Assembly: GCA_030615235.1 (NCBI GenBank)
Contig: JAUWZR010000001.1
Span: 1-60,603, forward strand
Source of the DNA: Promethearchaeota archaeon
GTDB taxonomy: Archaea; Asgardarchaeota; Lokiarchaeia; Sigyniarchaeales; SOKP01
Direction of reading: 5' to 3'
Length of the DNA stretch: 60,603 nt
Positions within the stretch are counted from its first letter, which is position 1. Every line of letters begins with the position of its first letter. The notes under the pieces are model-generated. The model was given only the letters and a program-made list of their open reading frames with translations, made no database searches and was not told where the DNA came from. Shown piece after piece: positions 37,354-47,205 of this stretch. The position numbers and the translations under genes are program-made.

Positions 37354-37884
37354 TTAGAATTCAAGAAAGCCTGGATCGTCAAAAATATCTTCGATTTTTT
37401 TTGCCTTCTTCATGTCACTCTCGTCGTGCTCTGTAAATAAAGACTCGTCATCTGTTCTTATTCCCTTCTCTAATTCAAGGGAGTCTAGTTGGAGTAATGC
37501 ATCCTTTTCTAACCTTTTATATTCTTCTGCTTTCATTTTCCATTTATTAACTACGTCAAGGTTGACACCGTCTTCATCATCTAAGGCTTCAGCGGCTTTA
37601 TATTTGCAAATATCCGATAAAATAGAATAAACTAGAACTAATTCCCCCCATTCATTTTTCGGTTTAAGTTTCTCGACGCGTTTTTCTAATCTCTGAAGTT
37701 CTTGATCAACGTAATGAATATCGATAAAATCTCCAAAAGCGTCAACGGGTTCTGATATAGAATTAATTAAAACATCCTTTGTTAAGTCACAATGACCACA
37801 CTTCACTGTAGCAATTAAGCTTTTCCGAATATTCTTAACCTTGACAGATTTTTCACCGCAATCCATATTAAATGGGAGATCCAT
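37354..37884 (-). CDS. elf1: Elf1 (transcription elongation factor 1)-like protein with a long acidic, coiled C-terminal extension
   Basis: FNMDCGEKSVKVKNIRKSLIATVKCGHCDLTKDVLINSISEPVDAFGDFID lines up with eukaryotic Elf1/ELOF1 (F.CPFC..E.S..V.......G...C..C.......I..LSEPVDVYSDWID). The first CxxC is reduced to a single Cys. Confidence 0.6.
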   Translation of the reverse strand: MDLPFNMDCGEKSVKVKNIRKSLIATVKCGHCDLTKDVLINSISEPVDAFGDFIDIHYVDQELQRLEKRVEKLKPKNEWGELVLVYSILSDICKYKAAEALDDEDGVNLDVVNKWKMKAEEYKRLEKDALLQLDSLELEKGIRTDDESLFTEHDESDMKKAKKIEDIFDDPGFLEF

Positions 37885-38213
37885 TTAGTTATTTGGGCAT
37901 GTGAAAATCTTTGGAACTCTTTTGATTCTTTTATATGTTTGTTGTTTACGTTTCCTTCTTCCCATTATTCAAACACTAATAATTGTATATACTAGATAAG
38001 AAAAACATGACAAAAAAGTTTTGTTACAATAATTTATAGTAGTCATAAAAAACATTTTTTTTAAGAGAAAAAAGAGTTCTAAGAATTTTAGAAACAGTTT
38101 AGAGCCAAATTTTGGTATAAATCGAAAAATTTTTTAGGAATGCTTAATTTATTTACTTACTCTTTTTAGCTGAATTGTCTTAACAGTTTAAAAAAAATGA
38201 GTGGATTTTAGGT

Positions 38214-39722
38214 ATGGAACATAATAAATTATCTTTAGAATATGATAGAAATTTAATCAATAGCATCCTAAATAATAAAAATACTAAATACACGATTCTC
38301 TATTTATACATAATTAGAAAAGACTTATTTAACAATTTAGATGAGTATCTAATACATCAATATGAAAGAGCGATAATCTTGGATGACATTTACAAGAATG
38401 ATGTTGAATTACTTTGGGATCAAGAATTTATTGAAAAAGTGATAGACTTCAGGTTATTTAAGAATATTAGAAGTTATAGAGAATATGATCAAAAAGAAGG
38501 TAATTTTATTATAAAAATGGGAGAATATACAATAACTATTGAAAAAAACACAATATTAACCCCAAAAGAAACACTTTTCCGTATAATTACAAAGAGATTT
38601 AAATCACTAAATCGGAGAGATTTTGAATTAGGTCTTACTAAGCTAAAAGAAGTAAGATGTGAGGTGAGTGGGATGGTACATCACTTTATATATGAAGTCG
38701 GAGATGATGACTATGTATTGTCTGATGATTTTTATGATATTCTAGATCAATTTGGTAATATTTACCAAGCTATTAAAATTGAGCCTACTTCTGATGGATT
38801 ACTTGAAATATGCAAAGAAATTAAAAAGAAAATTTATAATATTGTTATGATTTTCGATCCAATCTTGAATAATAAAAGTGTTATTAAGAAACTTAACAAA
38901 GCTTTAGATATCAATAAAAAAGAAGACGAACTCGAAATTACAGAAATCGCTATTATGCTTAAAATGTTAGAGAAGGATATTATCCTTTCAATATCAAATA
39001 TAGATTTCCAAATATTATGTAATTATCAAGATGAAATGGAGAGAATCAATAAACAATTAATGAAGATTAAATCCAATTATACTGGAAATCAGGATTATCT
39101 TAAATTTCTTGAAAATATTCCATTAGAAATTAAGGAAATTCAAGAAACTTTGATAAAAATAAGAGATAATGCATCAGGAGCAAAAAGAGCAGTATCAGAA
39201 TTAGAAAATAGAATAAAATCTAGAGTTTCTGGTGAATTTGATATTTTACGTGAGAAGAAGGAAATTTTTTATCAAGAAATTGAAATTGACTCTTCAATTG
39301 ACTCATTACTTCAAGCTTGTAAAGAAATTAAAGATAAGACTGTTAATATTATCCGAATTTTTACTCCAATTTTGAATAATGAAGTTATTATTGGAAAAAT
39401 TAAAAAAACATTAGAAAAAAATGAAGATTTTGTTAACCTTAAAGAAAAAAAAACACTTGAGATAGCAGAAATATCTCTTAATCTAAGAGTAATACACAAA
39501 AATATTAGATTATCATTATCAAATACAGATTTTCAAATATTAACAAACTATAAAGATGAATTGGAAACATTATATAAAAAATTAAATGATATTGAGTCAG
39601 GTGCAACAGAAGATAAAATTTCTCAAGAGAATTTAAATGAAATGAGAGAAAATATTATAGGAGCAAGAAAATCGGTTTTAGATATAGAAAATAGAATGAT
39701 TATAATAAAAAATAACAAATGA
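38214..39722 (+). CDS. Island gene 1: coiled-coil protein with an internal ~170-aa tandem duplication
   Basis: Unit 1 has LLEICKEIKKKIYNIVMIFDPILNN ... SNIDFQILCNYQDEMERINKQL ... GAKRAVSELENRI. Unit 2 has LLQACKEIKDKTVNIIRIFTPILNN ... SNTDFQILTNYKDELETLYKKL ... GARKSVLDIENRM. Confidence 0.6.
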   Translation: MEHNKLSLEYDRNLINSILNNKNTKYTILYLYIIRKDLFNNLDEYLIHQYERAIILDDIYKNDVELLWDQEFIEKVIDFRLFKNIRSYREYDQKEGNFIIKMGEYTITIEKNTILTPKETLFRIITKRFKSLNRRDFELGLTKLKEVRCEVSGMVHHFIYEVGDDDYVLSDDFYDILDQFGNIYQAIKIEPTSDGLLEICKEIKKKIYNIVMIFDPILNNKSVIKKLNKALDINKKEDELEITEIAIMLKMLEKDIILSISNIDFQILCNYQDEMERINKQLMKIKSNYTGNQDYLKFLENIPLEIKEIQETLIKIRDNASGAKRAVSELENRIKSRVSGEFDILREKKEIFYQEIEIDSSIDSLLQACKEIKDKTVNIIRIFTPILNNEVIIGKIKKTLEKNEDFVNLKEKKTLEIAEISLNLRVIHKNIRLSLSNTDFQILTNYKDELETLYKKLNDIESGATEDKISQENLNEMRENIIGARKSVLDIENRMIIIKNNK

Positions 39723-39733
39723 AAATGATTTAA

Positions 39734-40699
39734 ATGGAATGTCCATCTTGTAAGGTTGAAATGGAACCATTGGTTGTAGGAATTTTTCAATGTCCTCAAT
39801 GTAGAAAAATAATTAAAGAAAAAGATAAAGAAGCTGATACTTCGGCGGAATTAAAAATAGAGGAAGGAGATTTTCAAGATGGGGAATATTTTCATAAAAA
39901 AGTTAGCATAAATAAGAAATATGAAGTATGTGAGAAAGGGATTACTATAAGTAAAACAGAAAGTCGTCTACTTGCAGCATTGATTTGTCATAGTTCTTAT
40001 TTGAAAGAGGAGAAATATGTTAGATTGTCATGGTGGAAAAATTCACAGCATGCAGGTATGTTTAAAATTTATGATAAAGATGTACTTAATAATATTATTA
40101 TAGTTTTGGAAGAATTTGAGGAATCCTTCGATGATTTTTGGACTTGGAATGGAAAATATGGAAAGCAAGAACCAAAAACAGAAAAAGAATTAGAAAAAGA
40201 AAAAACTTTAGAAATTATCAAATATAGAATTCTTGAAAATAAAACATGTCCAAAATGTTCAAAGAAAATGGATAAAAAGAAATCCTATTATGAGTGTCGA
40301 CACTGTGGAGAAATAGTTATCTTAGAAGGATATAATCAACCCATTTTCAATATTATGACAGCAGATCTCGATTTACGCTTTCATGGAAATTTTCCAATAA
40401 ATTTCTACTTACCAGTAAGTGGTATAACTGTAAAATGGTTGATGGGTGAATGGAAAGCATTAGTAGTTATCTATTCAAAAGACAATCCAAATAAAAAATG
40501 GTTAAGATTTTACTGGTGGGCACGAGATCTAAGTACCTTTTTAAAAAATGGACAAAGAGAAATGGGAGAAGGGACTCAAATGGGTTGGAAAGCTCAAAGA
40601 GGAATGTCTTCCCCAAATATTTATGATAAAAAGCTTGTTAGACCTCTAATTAACGCTTTAAAAAAAATATCAATTGAATTAAAATGGGAAAATAAATAA
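39734..40699 (+). CDS. Island gene 2: protein with two modules, each a zinc ribbon plus a WW-containing segment
   Basis: Module 1 is CPSC-x14-CPQC then YVRLSWWKN. Module 2 is CPKC-x12-CRHC then WLRFYWWAR. Confidence 0.55.
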   Translation: MECPSCKVEMEPLVVGIFQCPQCRKIIKEKDKEADTSAELKIEEGDFQDGEYFHKKVSINKKYEVCEKGITISKTESRLLAALICHSSYLKEEKYVRLSWWKNSQHAGMFKIYDKDVLNNIIIVLEEFEESFDDFWTWNGKYGKQEPKTEKELEKEKTLEIIKYRILENKTCPKCSKKMDKKKSYYECRHCGEIVILEGYNQPIFNIMTADLDLRFHGNFPINFYLPVSGITVKWLMGEWKALVVIYSKDNPNKKWLRFYWWARDLSTFLKNGQREMGEGTQMGWKAQRGMSSPNIYDKKLVRPLINALKKISIELKWENK

Positions 40700-40715
40700 T
40701 AATGAGGAAATTCAT

Positions 40716-41969
40716 ATGTCAATTCTAGAATCTAAATGGGAAGGATTATTAGATGTCTTTTCTGAAGGATTAGAAAAAGCAATTGAAGAATTGAAGAATA
40801 AAGATGTTGAAAATATCCCTGGAGCTAAAGATGCCCTATTAGATAGACTAAATGTTCTAAAAATCCAATTTACTCGAAATAAAGGAGAGCTCTTCGAAAG
40901 AGTTATAGATAATTCTATTCAAAATGCCTTCTTTCCAAAAACTTCGAATTTTGCAGAAGCTTTTAGTAAAATCCTTAAATCTAGAACTCATGAGCAAGAT
41001 TACATCATCAACGAATTATTAAATGGATTTGTGACTTCAAAAGTTAAAGCTATTGCATCCTATAATCAAGGGCCAATAATCGATAGAATGGTTGAAGCGT
41101 TTGCTAAAAGAAGTGATTTTCATATAGTTGATCATCAATTTTTTGCTATGTTTGGAGATCCTAATAAACCGCGTAATTATGTGAAGAAACAACTTGAAGG
41201 GCTTGTCAATTTGTTTGGACTCGTATCCAAAGAACTCGTAATTAAAAAGGATGTTAGAAGTAGCGAAGAAAAAGTATACACTTTCTATACATTTCCTCCC
41301 GAAATATTAGCAATTTTAAAGGAGAAGTACATAATTATCGAAGAAAATGAAAATGAAGTAGAAAAAGGCGAATTAGAAGAGGAGGATAAGGAAATTGAAC
41401 TTGCAATTAGTGTGGATAAAAAAACTAATATAAATGCTTTAGTTTATGCGCATGTATCAGAAGCTTTTGATAGGAATGTGTTTATAAGCCTCTTTTTAGC
41501 AAATATTGCTGTAAATAGAAAAGACTCCGAAGAAATAGGTGGCTCATATACCATAAATGGTATCTCTGCTATTTTTGCTTTAATTCTTTTATTAAGTCTT
41601 TTACCTAAACTAAATGTACAAGCAACTAATCCAATTCTAAAAGATCCATCTTTTGATGATCAAAAAATGAGTATAATCCCTAAATCTTGGATGGTGAAGC
41701 AAGTATTAGAAGCGTTATTCGAGCCGTTAATAAAGATTGTTGCTTTTAGGTTAGGTGGAGGACTTTGGTTAAATCAAATAAAAGATACAGAAATTAATAA
41801 AAAAATTCATAATCAAATAAGATTTCTTTTAAAAGACGTTAATAAATGGATTTTAGGTAATTTATGTCGTGTTGAAATTCCAATTTTCGTAGAACTATCA
41901 AATATATATACAGAAGTTACATTAGATGTCGGTAGAAATGAGAAGTCATTAGAGGATGATGATGAGTAG
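40716..41969 (+). CDS. Island gene 3: hypothetical protein (417 aa)
   Basis: Operonic ORF with short gaps and an acidic C-terminus. No recognised motif. Confidence 0.5.
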   Translation: MSILESKWEGLLDVFSEGLEKAIEELKNKDVENIPGAKDALLDRLNVLKIQFTRNKGELFERVIDNSIQNAFFPKTSNFAEAFSKILKSRTHEQDYIINELLNGFVTSKVKAIASYNQGPIIDRMVEAFAKRSDFHIVDHQFFAMFGDPNKPRNYVKKQLEGLVNLFGLVSKELVIKKDVRSSEEKVYTFYTFPPEILAILKEKYIIIEENENEVEKGELEEEDKEIELAISVDKKTNINALVYAHVSEAFDRNVFISLFLANIAVNRKDSEEIGGSYTINGISAIFALILLLSLLPKLNVQATNPILKDPSFDDQKMSIIPKSWMVKQVLEALFEPLIKIVAFRLGGGLWLNQIKDTEINKKIHNQIRFLLKDVNKWILGNLCRVEIPIFVELSNIYTEVTLDVGRNEKSLEDDDE

Positions 41970-43251
41970 AAGAAGATTTACTGAAAGAGTTAGATCGGGA
42001 AGAAGCAGGGAAAAGTGGACGGATATTTTACCTAAATATCTGACACATATTAGTCATATGCAGCCAGTCCTTAAAGAAACGCGGAGGATCATAATTGAAT
42101 TAGATCCTATAATATTTTTAGAGCCTGAATTAGAAATATTAGATCAAATTAGGCAGGAAGAAGAAAAAAGAGGCAGACGTACTGTAAGAGCCTTATCTGA
42201 ATTTTCGGCTATGTATAGATCAAATATATATGAAATTATTATAAATTTTATCATAAATTTTAGAGGAAAAATCGAACCAATTGAATTAAAAGATTACATC
42301 ATAGATCATTTATATGAGGCTATTAAAGCATTGGATATCTTACAAAAAATCACTAATCCAGACCAACGGGATTTAGATAAAACATATCTTTACCTTTTAG
42401 TTAAGTTCATTGAAGAAATTATATTTCCAAAGGGTAATAATATAGAAAATAGATATGATAAATTGCTTTTAAATTCAAAAGATTACTATGAATGTCAAAG
42501 ACATTTATTACAAACTCATACGTTTTATCGAGAAAAGTTAAAAAATCCAGAAGGTTTCACTATTCCCGGTATTTCTCCTAAAGTTTATCAAATAATTAAT
42601 AATATAACTTCATTGTTTAATTTGGAACCTAACTACGGAGAATTTCCTGAAAGATCTGGCTACGAGATTCCTCTTCTTTTGAAAAATGATGTGTTTGAAC
42701 CATATATTGAATCAATTGCAAATGCTGAAGAAGAAGCAATTGAAAATATTGCTGAAAGAATAGGACTAAGAGTTTTGGATGGCATCTTTCTAGCCCCACA
42801 GGCAGCATTTGTAGAGATATTACTAAAGCATAATTTTTTAAGGGAAGAAACTCAAGAAGATGGGAAAATCCGTTATGTTCCTCAATTTAGTAACGAAACC
42901 TTAGTTTTGTATTATTCCGCGTTTGCATCTTTACGAAGGGGTTTTTTATCGAAAGAGCTCGTTAATTGGATAGCAATGAATTTCGCGCTAGTTATATATA
43001 TGGGAATTTTAAAATGGAAGTTGTCGGATGATAATATATTCTATGGAATCTTCAAAGATTTGCAGACCAGTGAAAAAATCTTGCCTTATTTAATGAAACT
43101 CTCTAGTTTCCCTAACTATTTAGGAATGGAAAAAATGAAAATCCGAGATAGTATTCAATATAGAAAGGAAATATTCAATTTTATCGGATCTCAAATTGAT
43201 AATTTAAAAGAATTAATTGATGAAGTATCAAAATATTGTGATCAAATTTAA
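41956..43251 (+). CDS. Island gene 4: hypothetical protein (431 aa)
   Basis: Overlaps gene 3 by 14 nt. No recognised motif. Confidence 0.5.
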   Translation: MMMSRRRFTERVRSGRSREKWTDILPKYLTHISHMQPVLKETRRIIIELDPIIFLEPELEILDQIRQEEEKRGRRTVRALSEFSAMYRSNIYEIIINFIINFRGKIEPIELKDYIIDHLYEAIKALDILQKITNPDQRDLDKTYLYLLVKFIEEIIFPKGNNIENRYDKLLLNSKDYYECQRHLLQTHTFYREKLKNPEGFTIPGISPKVYQIINNITSLFNLEPNYGEFPERSGYEIPLLLKNDVFEPYIESIANAEEEAIENIAERIGLRVLDGIFLAPQAAFVEILLKHNFLREETQEDGKIRYVPQFSNETLVLYYSAFASLRRGFLSKELVNWIAMNFALVIYMGILKWKLSDDNIFYGIFKDLQTSEKILPYLMKLSSFPNYLGMEKMKIRDSIQYRKEIFNFIGSQIDNLKELIDEVSKYCDQI

Positions 43252-43356
43252 AATGAAAGTATAATTTAAGAAAACATTATAAAGAGATGAATTAAAATTA
43301 CTGAAGATAAGTATAAACCAGAAGAAATTAAAGCTCTACTTGATAAATATGGTACC

Positions 43357-44571
43357 GTGTATTTTGAACTGGATATAATTGAAGAAGTAGATGATATAGA
43401 AGGTAATGAAGACCAAAAAGAAAGGTTAGATGATTTTTTTAGAACATTGAATAATTATACAAAATTTGCAAATAAATTAAAAAAAACTAAATTATCACCT
43501 AATTTAACAATGCTCTTATATGGCCCTCCAGGCACAGGAAAAACATCATTAACAAGAGCTTATTCTCTAAAATATAATATTCCCATCTGTGTTGTAGAAT
43601 CTAATAGATTAGTCTCTTCTTTATTAGGTGATACAATTAAAAATATTCGAAGAGTGATTGAAATTGCTGCTGATATATCAAAAAAGAATGGTAATTTCAT
43701 TCTATTTTTTGATGAAATTGATGCGATTGGTTCCGAGAGATCTAATGTACATGAAGTCGGGGAAATTAAACGAGCAGTAATAGCTTTTTTGCAAACTATT
43801 GATTTAATTAGTTATAAAAGCCTCCCTTTAGCTATAATTGGGGCCACTAACCATCAGCAGCAACTAGATTCGGCAATATGGCGACGATTTACATTTCATC
43901 TTCAATTCGATTTTCCTAATTATGAAATTAGATCAAAAATAATAAAATCTTTTATAAAAAGAATAGAAGATGCTGGGATAGCAGTTAACGATTCTATTTC
44001 TGATGAAATCGATTTAGAATATAATAAAATTCGATTAATTATAGAAGGAATAGAAAATTCTGATGATAAATTAAATAATAATCTTATCATGAAGGAAGTT
44101 AAAAATCAGGAAATAAACGGATTAATTACATTAACTGATGGATATTCTGGATCTGATATTGAGAGAGGTGTAAGAGTTGCATTATTCAAAGCAATTGGCT
44201 CGTTTCCTACTGTTGAGAATATAGATTATGATATTCTTTATAAATCACTAAAGTTAGTTGGAGGAACAGCAGTTCATGTAAATCGACAGGAAATTCTCAG
44301 CCTCTCGGGTCCAAGTTTTGAAAAATTAGATGAATTTGATGATAAACTTGCTTTATCCGATTTTAATGTAGAATTTAAAAATTTTGAAGAATTGCTAGCA
44401 CAGTCACACAAATTAACACCAATATTAAAAGAAATTAATAATATCTTGGAACATCGGGAGGGTTTAAAAAATGATTATCATCAACGAATAAGTGAAGAAT
44501 TCGTAAACTTTATTACGACATTAAAAGATTTAAGCAAAATATTAAAAGATAAAAATATTGTAAAAGATTAA
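43357..44571 (+). CDS. Island gene 5: classic-clade AAA ATPase (Vps4/katanin/CDC48-module-like) with a C-terminal helical extension
   Basis: Walker A LLYGPPGTGKTSL, Walker B ILFFDEIDAIG, and a second region of homology GATNHQQQLDSAIWRRF. The frame is open upstream to an ATT at 43291, so the start is uncertain. Confidence 0.85.
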   Translation: MYFELDIIEEVDDIEGNEDQKERLDDFFRTLNNYTKFANKLKKTKLSPNLTMLLYGPPGTGKTSLTRAYSLKYNIPICVVESNRLVSSLLGDTIKNIRRVIEIAADISKKNGNFILFFDEIDAIGSERSNVHEVGEIKRAVIAFLQTIDLISYKSLPLAIIGATNHQQQLDSAIWRRFTFHLQFDFPNYEIRSKIIKSFIKRIEDAGIAVNDSISDEIDLEYNKIRLIIEGIENSDDKLNNNLIMKEVKNQEINGLITLTDGYSGSDIERGVRVALFKAIGSFPTVENIDYDILYKSLKLVGGTAVHVNRQEILSLSGPSFEKLDEFDDKLALSDFNVEFKNFEELLAQSHKLTPILKEINNILEHREGLKNDYHQRISEEFVNFITTLKDLSKILKDKNIVKD

Positions 44572-44591
44572 AATAGAAAAAAGTAGAAAAA

Positions 44592-45044
44592 ATGTTTGAT
44601 TTAGATTATGATACAAAATACGTCTCTGTAGTTATTGAGTTTAAATATAACTCTAAGAGTAGTAAAAATATACCTAATGAAGTCAGAGAGGCTTTTATGG
44701 GGTTATATCCTCCTAAACACCCAAGTGGAAGAGGAAGTCCAATTTTAAGGGATATTAATAACTTATGCAATCCTAATGAAGAGGTTCTTTATCCGATTCA
44801 CTTTTCTTTAATTAAAAAGCCCGTTAAAATCGATTTGCCTGGAGTAAGAGAATATAAATTAAAAAATACAGCTGTGGGGGCAATAATTTTATATGAATAT
44901 ATAGGCCTTCTTGATGATTATAAAGATTGCTGCCTTAAAATAGCTGACTTTTTAGAGAAAAAAATTAAAAAACCTAAATGGTATTCAGAAATCACTTCAA
45001 TTAAACTAATTATAGGGTACGATTTAAAGGATGTCGCAAAATAA
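44592..45044 (+). CDS. Island gene 6: 150-aa protein, paralogue of 47206-47670
   Basis: Shares REAFMG, PPK.P.GRGSP, PIHFSLIKKP and NTAVGA.ILYEY.GL blocks with the 154-aa ORF on the other side of the Rad50-like gene. Confidence 0.6.
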   Translation: MFDLDYDTKYVSVVIEFKYNSKSSKNIPNEVREAFMGLYPPKHPSGRGSPILRDINNLCNPNEEVLYPIHFSLIKKPVKIDLPGVREYKLKNTAVGAIILYEYIGLLDDYKDCCLKIADFLEKKIKKPKWYSEITSIKLIIGYDLKDVAK

Positions 45045-45165
45045 AAAAATAATAGAAGAAATTGTTGATTATATTGAATCTTCAATTCGAGATGGTTTAG
45101 ATGAAGCAATTTTTATTAAAGAATTTCGGAATAAAATAGAAAAATATCTGAGTGAAAAGCAATAA
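45031..45165 (+). CDS. Possible 44-aa helical mini-protein translationally coupled to the Rad50-like gene
   Basis: The ATG at 45031 overlaps the end of the previous gene. Its stop forms TAATG with the 45165 start. Product is MSQNKKIIEEIVDYIESSIRDGLDEAIFIKEFRNKIEKYLSEKQ. Confidence 0.3.
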   Translation: MSQNKKIIEEIVDYIESSIRDGLDEAIFIKEFRNKIEKYLSEKQ

Positions 45166-47174
45166 TGAAAGCAGTCTTAAAATTAGTAAATATTGGGCAA
45201 AGAGAAGGGGAAGAAACTTGGGAATTTAACAGTGGAGTAGTAACAGAGATCAGAGGACGAACAGCTTCTGGTAAAAGCAGAATACTTAAATCTTGTGCAT
45301 TAGCTTTATCAATTCCAATAATCTCAGAAGAAATTAGAAATACTGCTATAAGTTTTGGAATTGCAAAAGCAGATAATGCAAAATTTTCACCCCTATTGAA
45401 TTCGAATAAAGAAAAAGCCATTATTGAACTTCATTATGATGAAGTTAAAAAACTTGTTGAAATAAATCGTGATGGTTCTGAAAAAATAAATATTCCTGGA
45501 AATCAAAAATTTATTTATTGTAGTATGCTAGTAGAAAATTCTAAAATACAAAATTATATCGATCATGGCCTATCTGATTTTTCATGGATAGTAACTGAAA
45601 TGTCCTTAGCAAAAGATTATGAATCAATAAAGGACATTGTTGGATCTTATACAGATTTAATTACAGCTAAAAAAGAAGAAATTCAGATAAAGGAGAATAA
45701 TAAAAAAAAGTTTGAGGGAGAATTTAAAAAAAAAAAAAGTGACCTAGCAGAAGTAATTGAGAAAATAAGACTACTCGAAGTTAATATTGAACAGGAGCTA
45801 GAAAAAATTGAATCGAATACAGAATTGAAAAATGAACGTAAGAAAATTATTGATGAACTCAAAGATAGACAAAAAATTATTATGGATACTGAAAAGAAAT
45901 TCCTTAGTCTAAAGAAAACTGTTACTGATCTAGATAATAAGATAAACGAAAAAAACACACAAATTGAAGATGAAACGGAAAATTTGGATAAATTGGAACA
46001 GAAAAAAAAGAAATATATGAAAATAGATGTGAGAAAATTAAATAACGAAATTAATCAGCTACATGAAGAAAATACGATGAATCTTGAAAAACAAAAGTTA
46101 TTATTACCTGAGATTAGTATATTAGAAAACAGCAAAAAGAAGTACGAAGGTATTTTAAGAGAACTAGATAAGACAAAAGAAAAAAAGGTTCTCTGTTGGG
46201 TTTGTGGGGGAAAAGAAATAGAAAGAAATGATATTGAAAACGATTTAAAAAGCACAAGAGATAAATTAACTCCTAAACGCGAAAAATATAGAGATTTAGA
46301 CTCTCAGATCGAAGAAAATAAGAATAATATAGATGATAAACAGAAAGATAAGGCAAAAAATGCTAAACTTCCTGATGTAAAGAAAAAAGTTGCATTGTCA
46401 AGAAATAAATTGATAAAACTAGCAGAAGAAAATAGCATTAATGTAGAACAAAAAAATAAGGAAGATATGGATATAAAAAGGTTTACAACAATTATCGAGA
46501 GTCGGAAGAAAACCATTAATCAATTAATAGAAAAAAGAAATGAAATCGAAAAACAAATAATTGATGATTCTCAAATGAACAAAACGAGGGAAGAAACCAA
46601 AACACAAAATACGAATAAGGGTGCTATTGAAAACCAAATCTCAAATTTAGAATTAGCCATAGATGATTGTAAAAGTATAGAAATTTTTAAAAAAGAATTT
46701 GATCTTTTAAAAGCAAAAAAAATTGTTCAAGAATTTGATGACATCTTTGATAATATTAATTTTCATCTAGAATTGAATATAAAAAAACAACGAGAAGGAG
46801 CTGCACATAAGTTCAATGAAAATATTGAAAAAATAATTGAAGAACTTAAATTGCCTAAATTTGAAAAAATTTATCTAGATATTGAAGATAATAATAAATT
46901 AAAAATTATAAGAAAAGGTAACCCTGACCCTCAAGCAATTAACTCTCTGAGCGGGGGTGAGAGAGTAATTGTTTCATCATTACTACAAATATCTGCTAAA
47001 GAAACTTACAATCCTGAGATACCCTTTATTGTTGGTGATGATATTATTATAAAAATGGATGAAGATCGTAGAGAAATTTTCTATAACTATTTAAAGAATA
47101 TTGCTAAAGATAATGATTGGTTTGTGATATTAACCAGAGTTACTGATGAAGATTTGGTAAAAGTAGAAATTTAA
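45165..47174 (+). CDS. Island gene 7: Rad50/SbcC/DndD-like SMC-family ATPase with a central CxxC hook
   Basis: N-terminal P-loop GRTASGKS, about 450 aa of Lys/Glu-rich coiled coil with CWVCGG at its centre (46194-46211), C-terminal signature LSGGERVIVSSLL, and Walker B-like PFIVGDD. Confidence 0.8.
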   Translation: MKAVLKLVNIGQREGEETWEFNSGVVTEIRGRTASGKSRILKSCALALSIPIISEEIRNTAISFGIAKADNAKFSPLLNSNKEKAIIELHYDEVKKLVEINRDGSEKINIPGNQKFIYCSMLVENSKIQNYIDHGLSDFSWIVTEMSLAKDYESIKDIVGSYTDLITAKKEEIQIKENNKKKFEGEFKKKKSDLAEVIEKIRLLEVNIEQELEKIESNTELKNERKKIIDELKDRQKIIMDTEKKFLSLKKTVTDLDNKINEKNTQIEDETENLDKLEQKKKKYMKIDVRKLNNEINQLHEENTMNLEKQKLLLPEISILENSKKKYEGILRELDKTKEKKVLCWVCGGKEIERNDIENDLKSTRDKLTPKREKYRDLDSQIEENKNNIDDKQKDKAKNAKLPDVKKKVALSRNKLIKLAEENSINVEQKNKEDMDIKRFTTIIESRKKTINQLIEKRNEIEKQIIDDSQMNKTREETKTQNTNKGAIENQISNLELAIDDCKSIEIFKKEFDLLKAKKIVQEFDDIFDNINFHLELNIKKQREGAAHKFNENIEKIIEELKLPKFEKIYLDIEDNNKLKIIRKGNPDPQAINSLSGGERVIVSSLLQISAKETYNPEIPFIVGDDIIIKMDEDRREIFYNYLKNIAKDNDWFVILTRVTDEDLVKVEI

Positions 47175-47205
47175 AAATTCATAGGTATTATCTTGAGGTA
47201 TTTAA

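Noticed and set aside
45116-46516. Minus-strand ORFs 45116-45421, 45683-45958, 46055-46255 and 46304-46516, with Phe/Ser/Leu/Ile-rich products
   Set aside because: They are the reverse-complement shadow of the Lys/Glu/Asn-rich coiled coil of the Rad50-like gene. Their low-complexity composition is a by-product of that gene. The same reasoning applies to 34283-34786, 37412-37630, 39311-39499, 53594-53937 and similar track entries.
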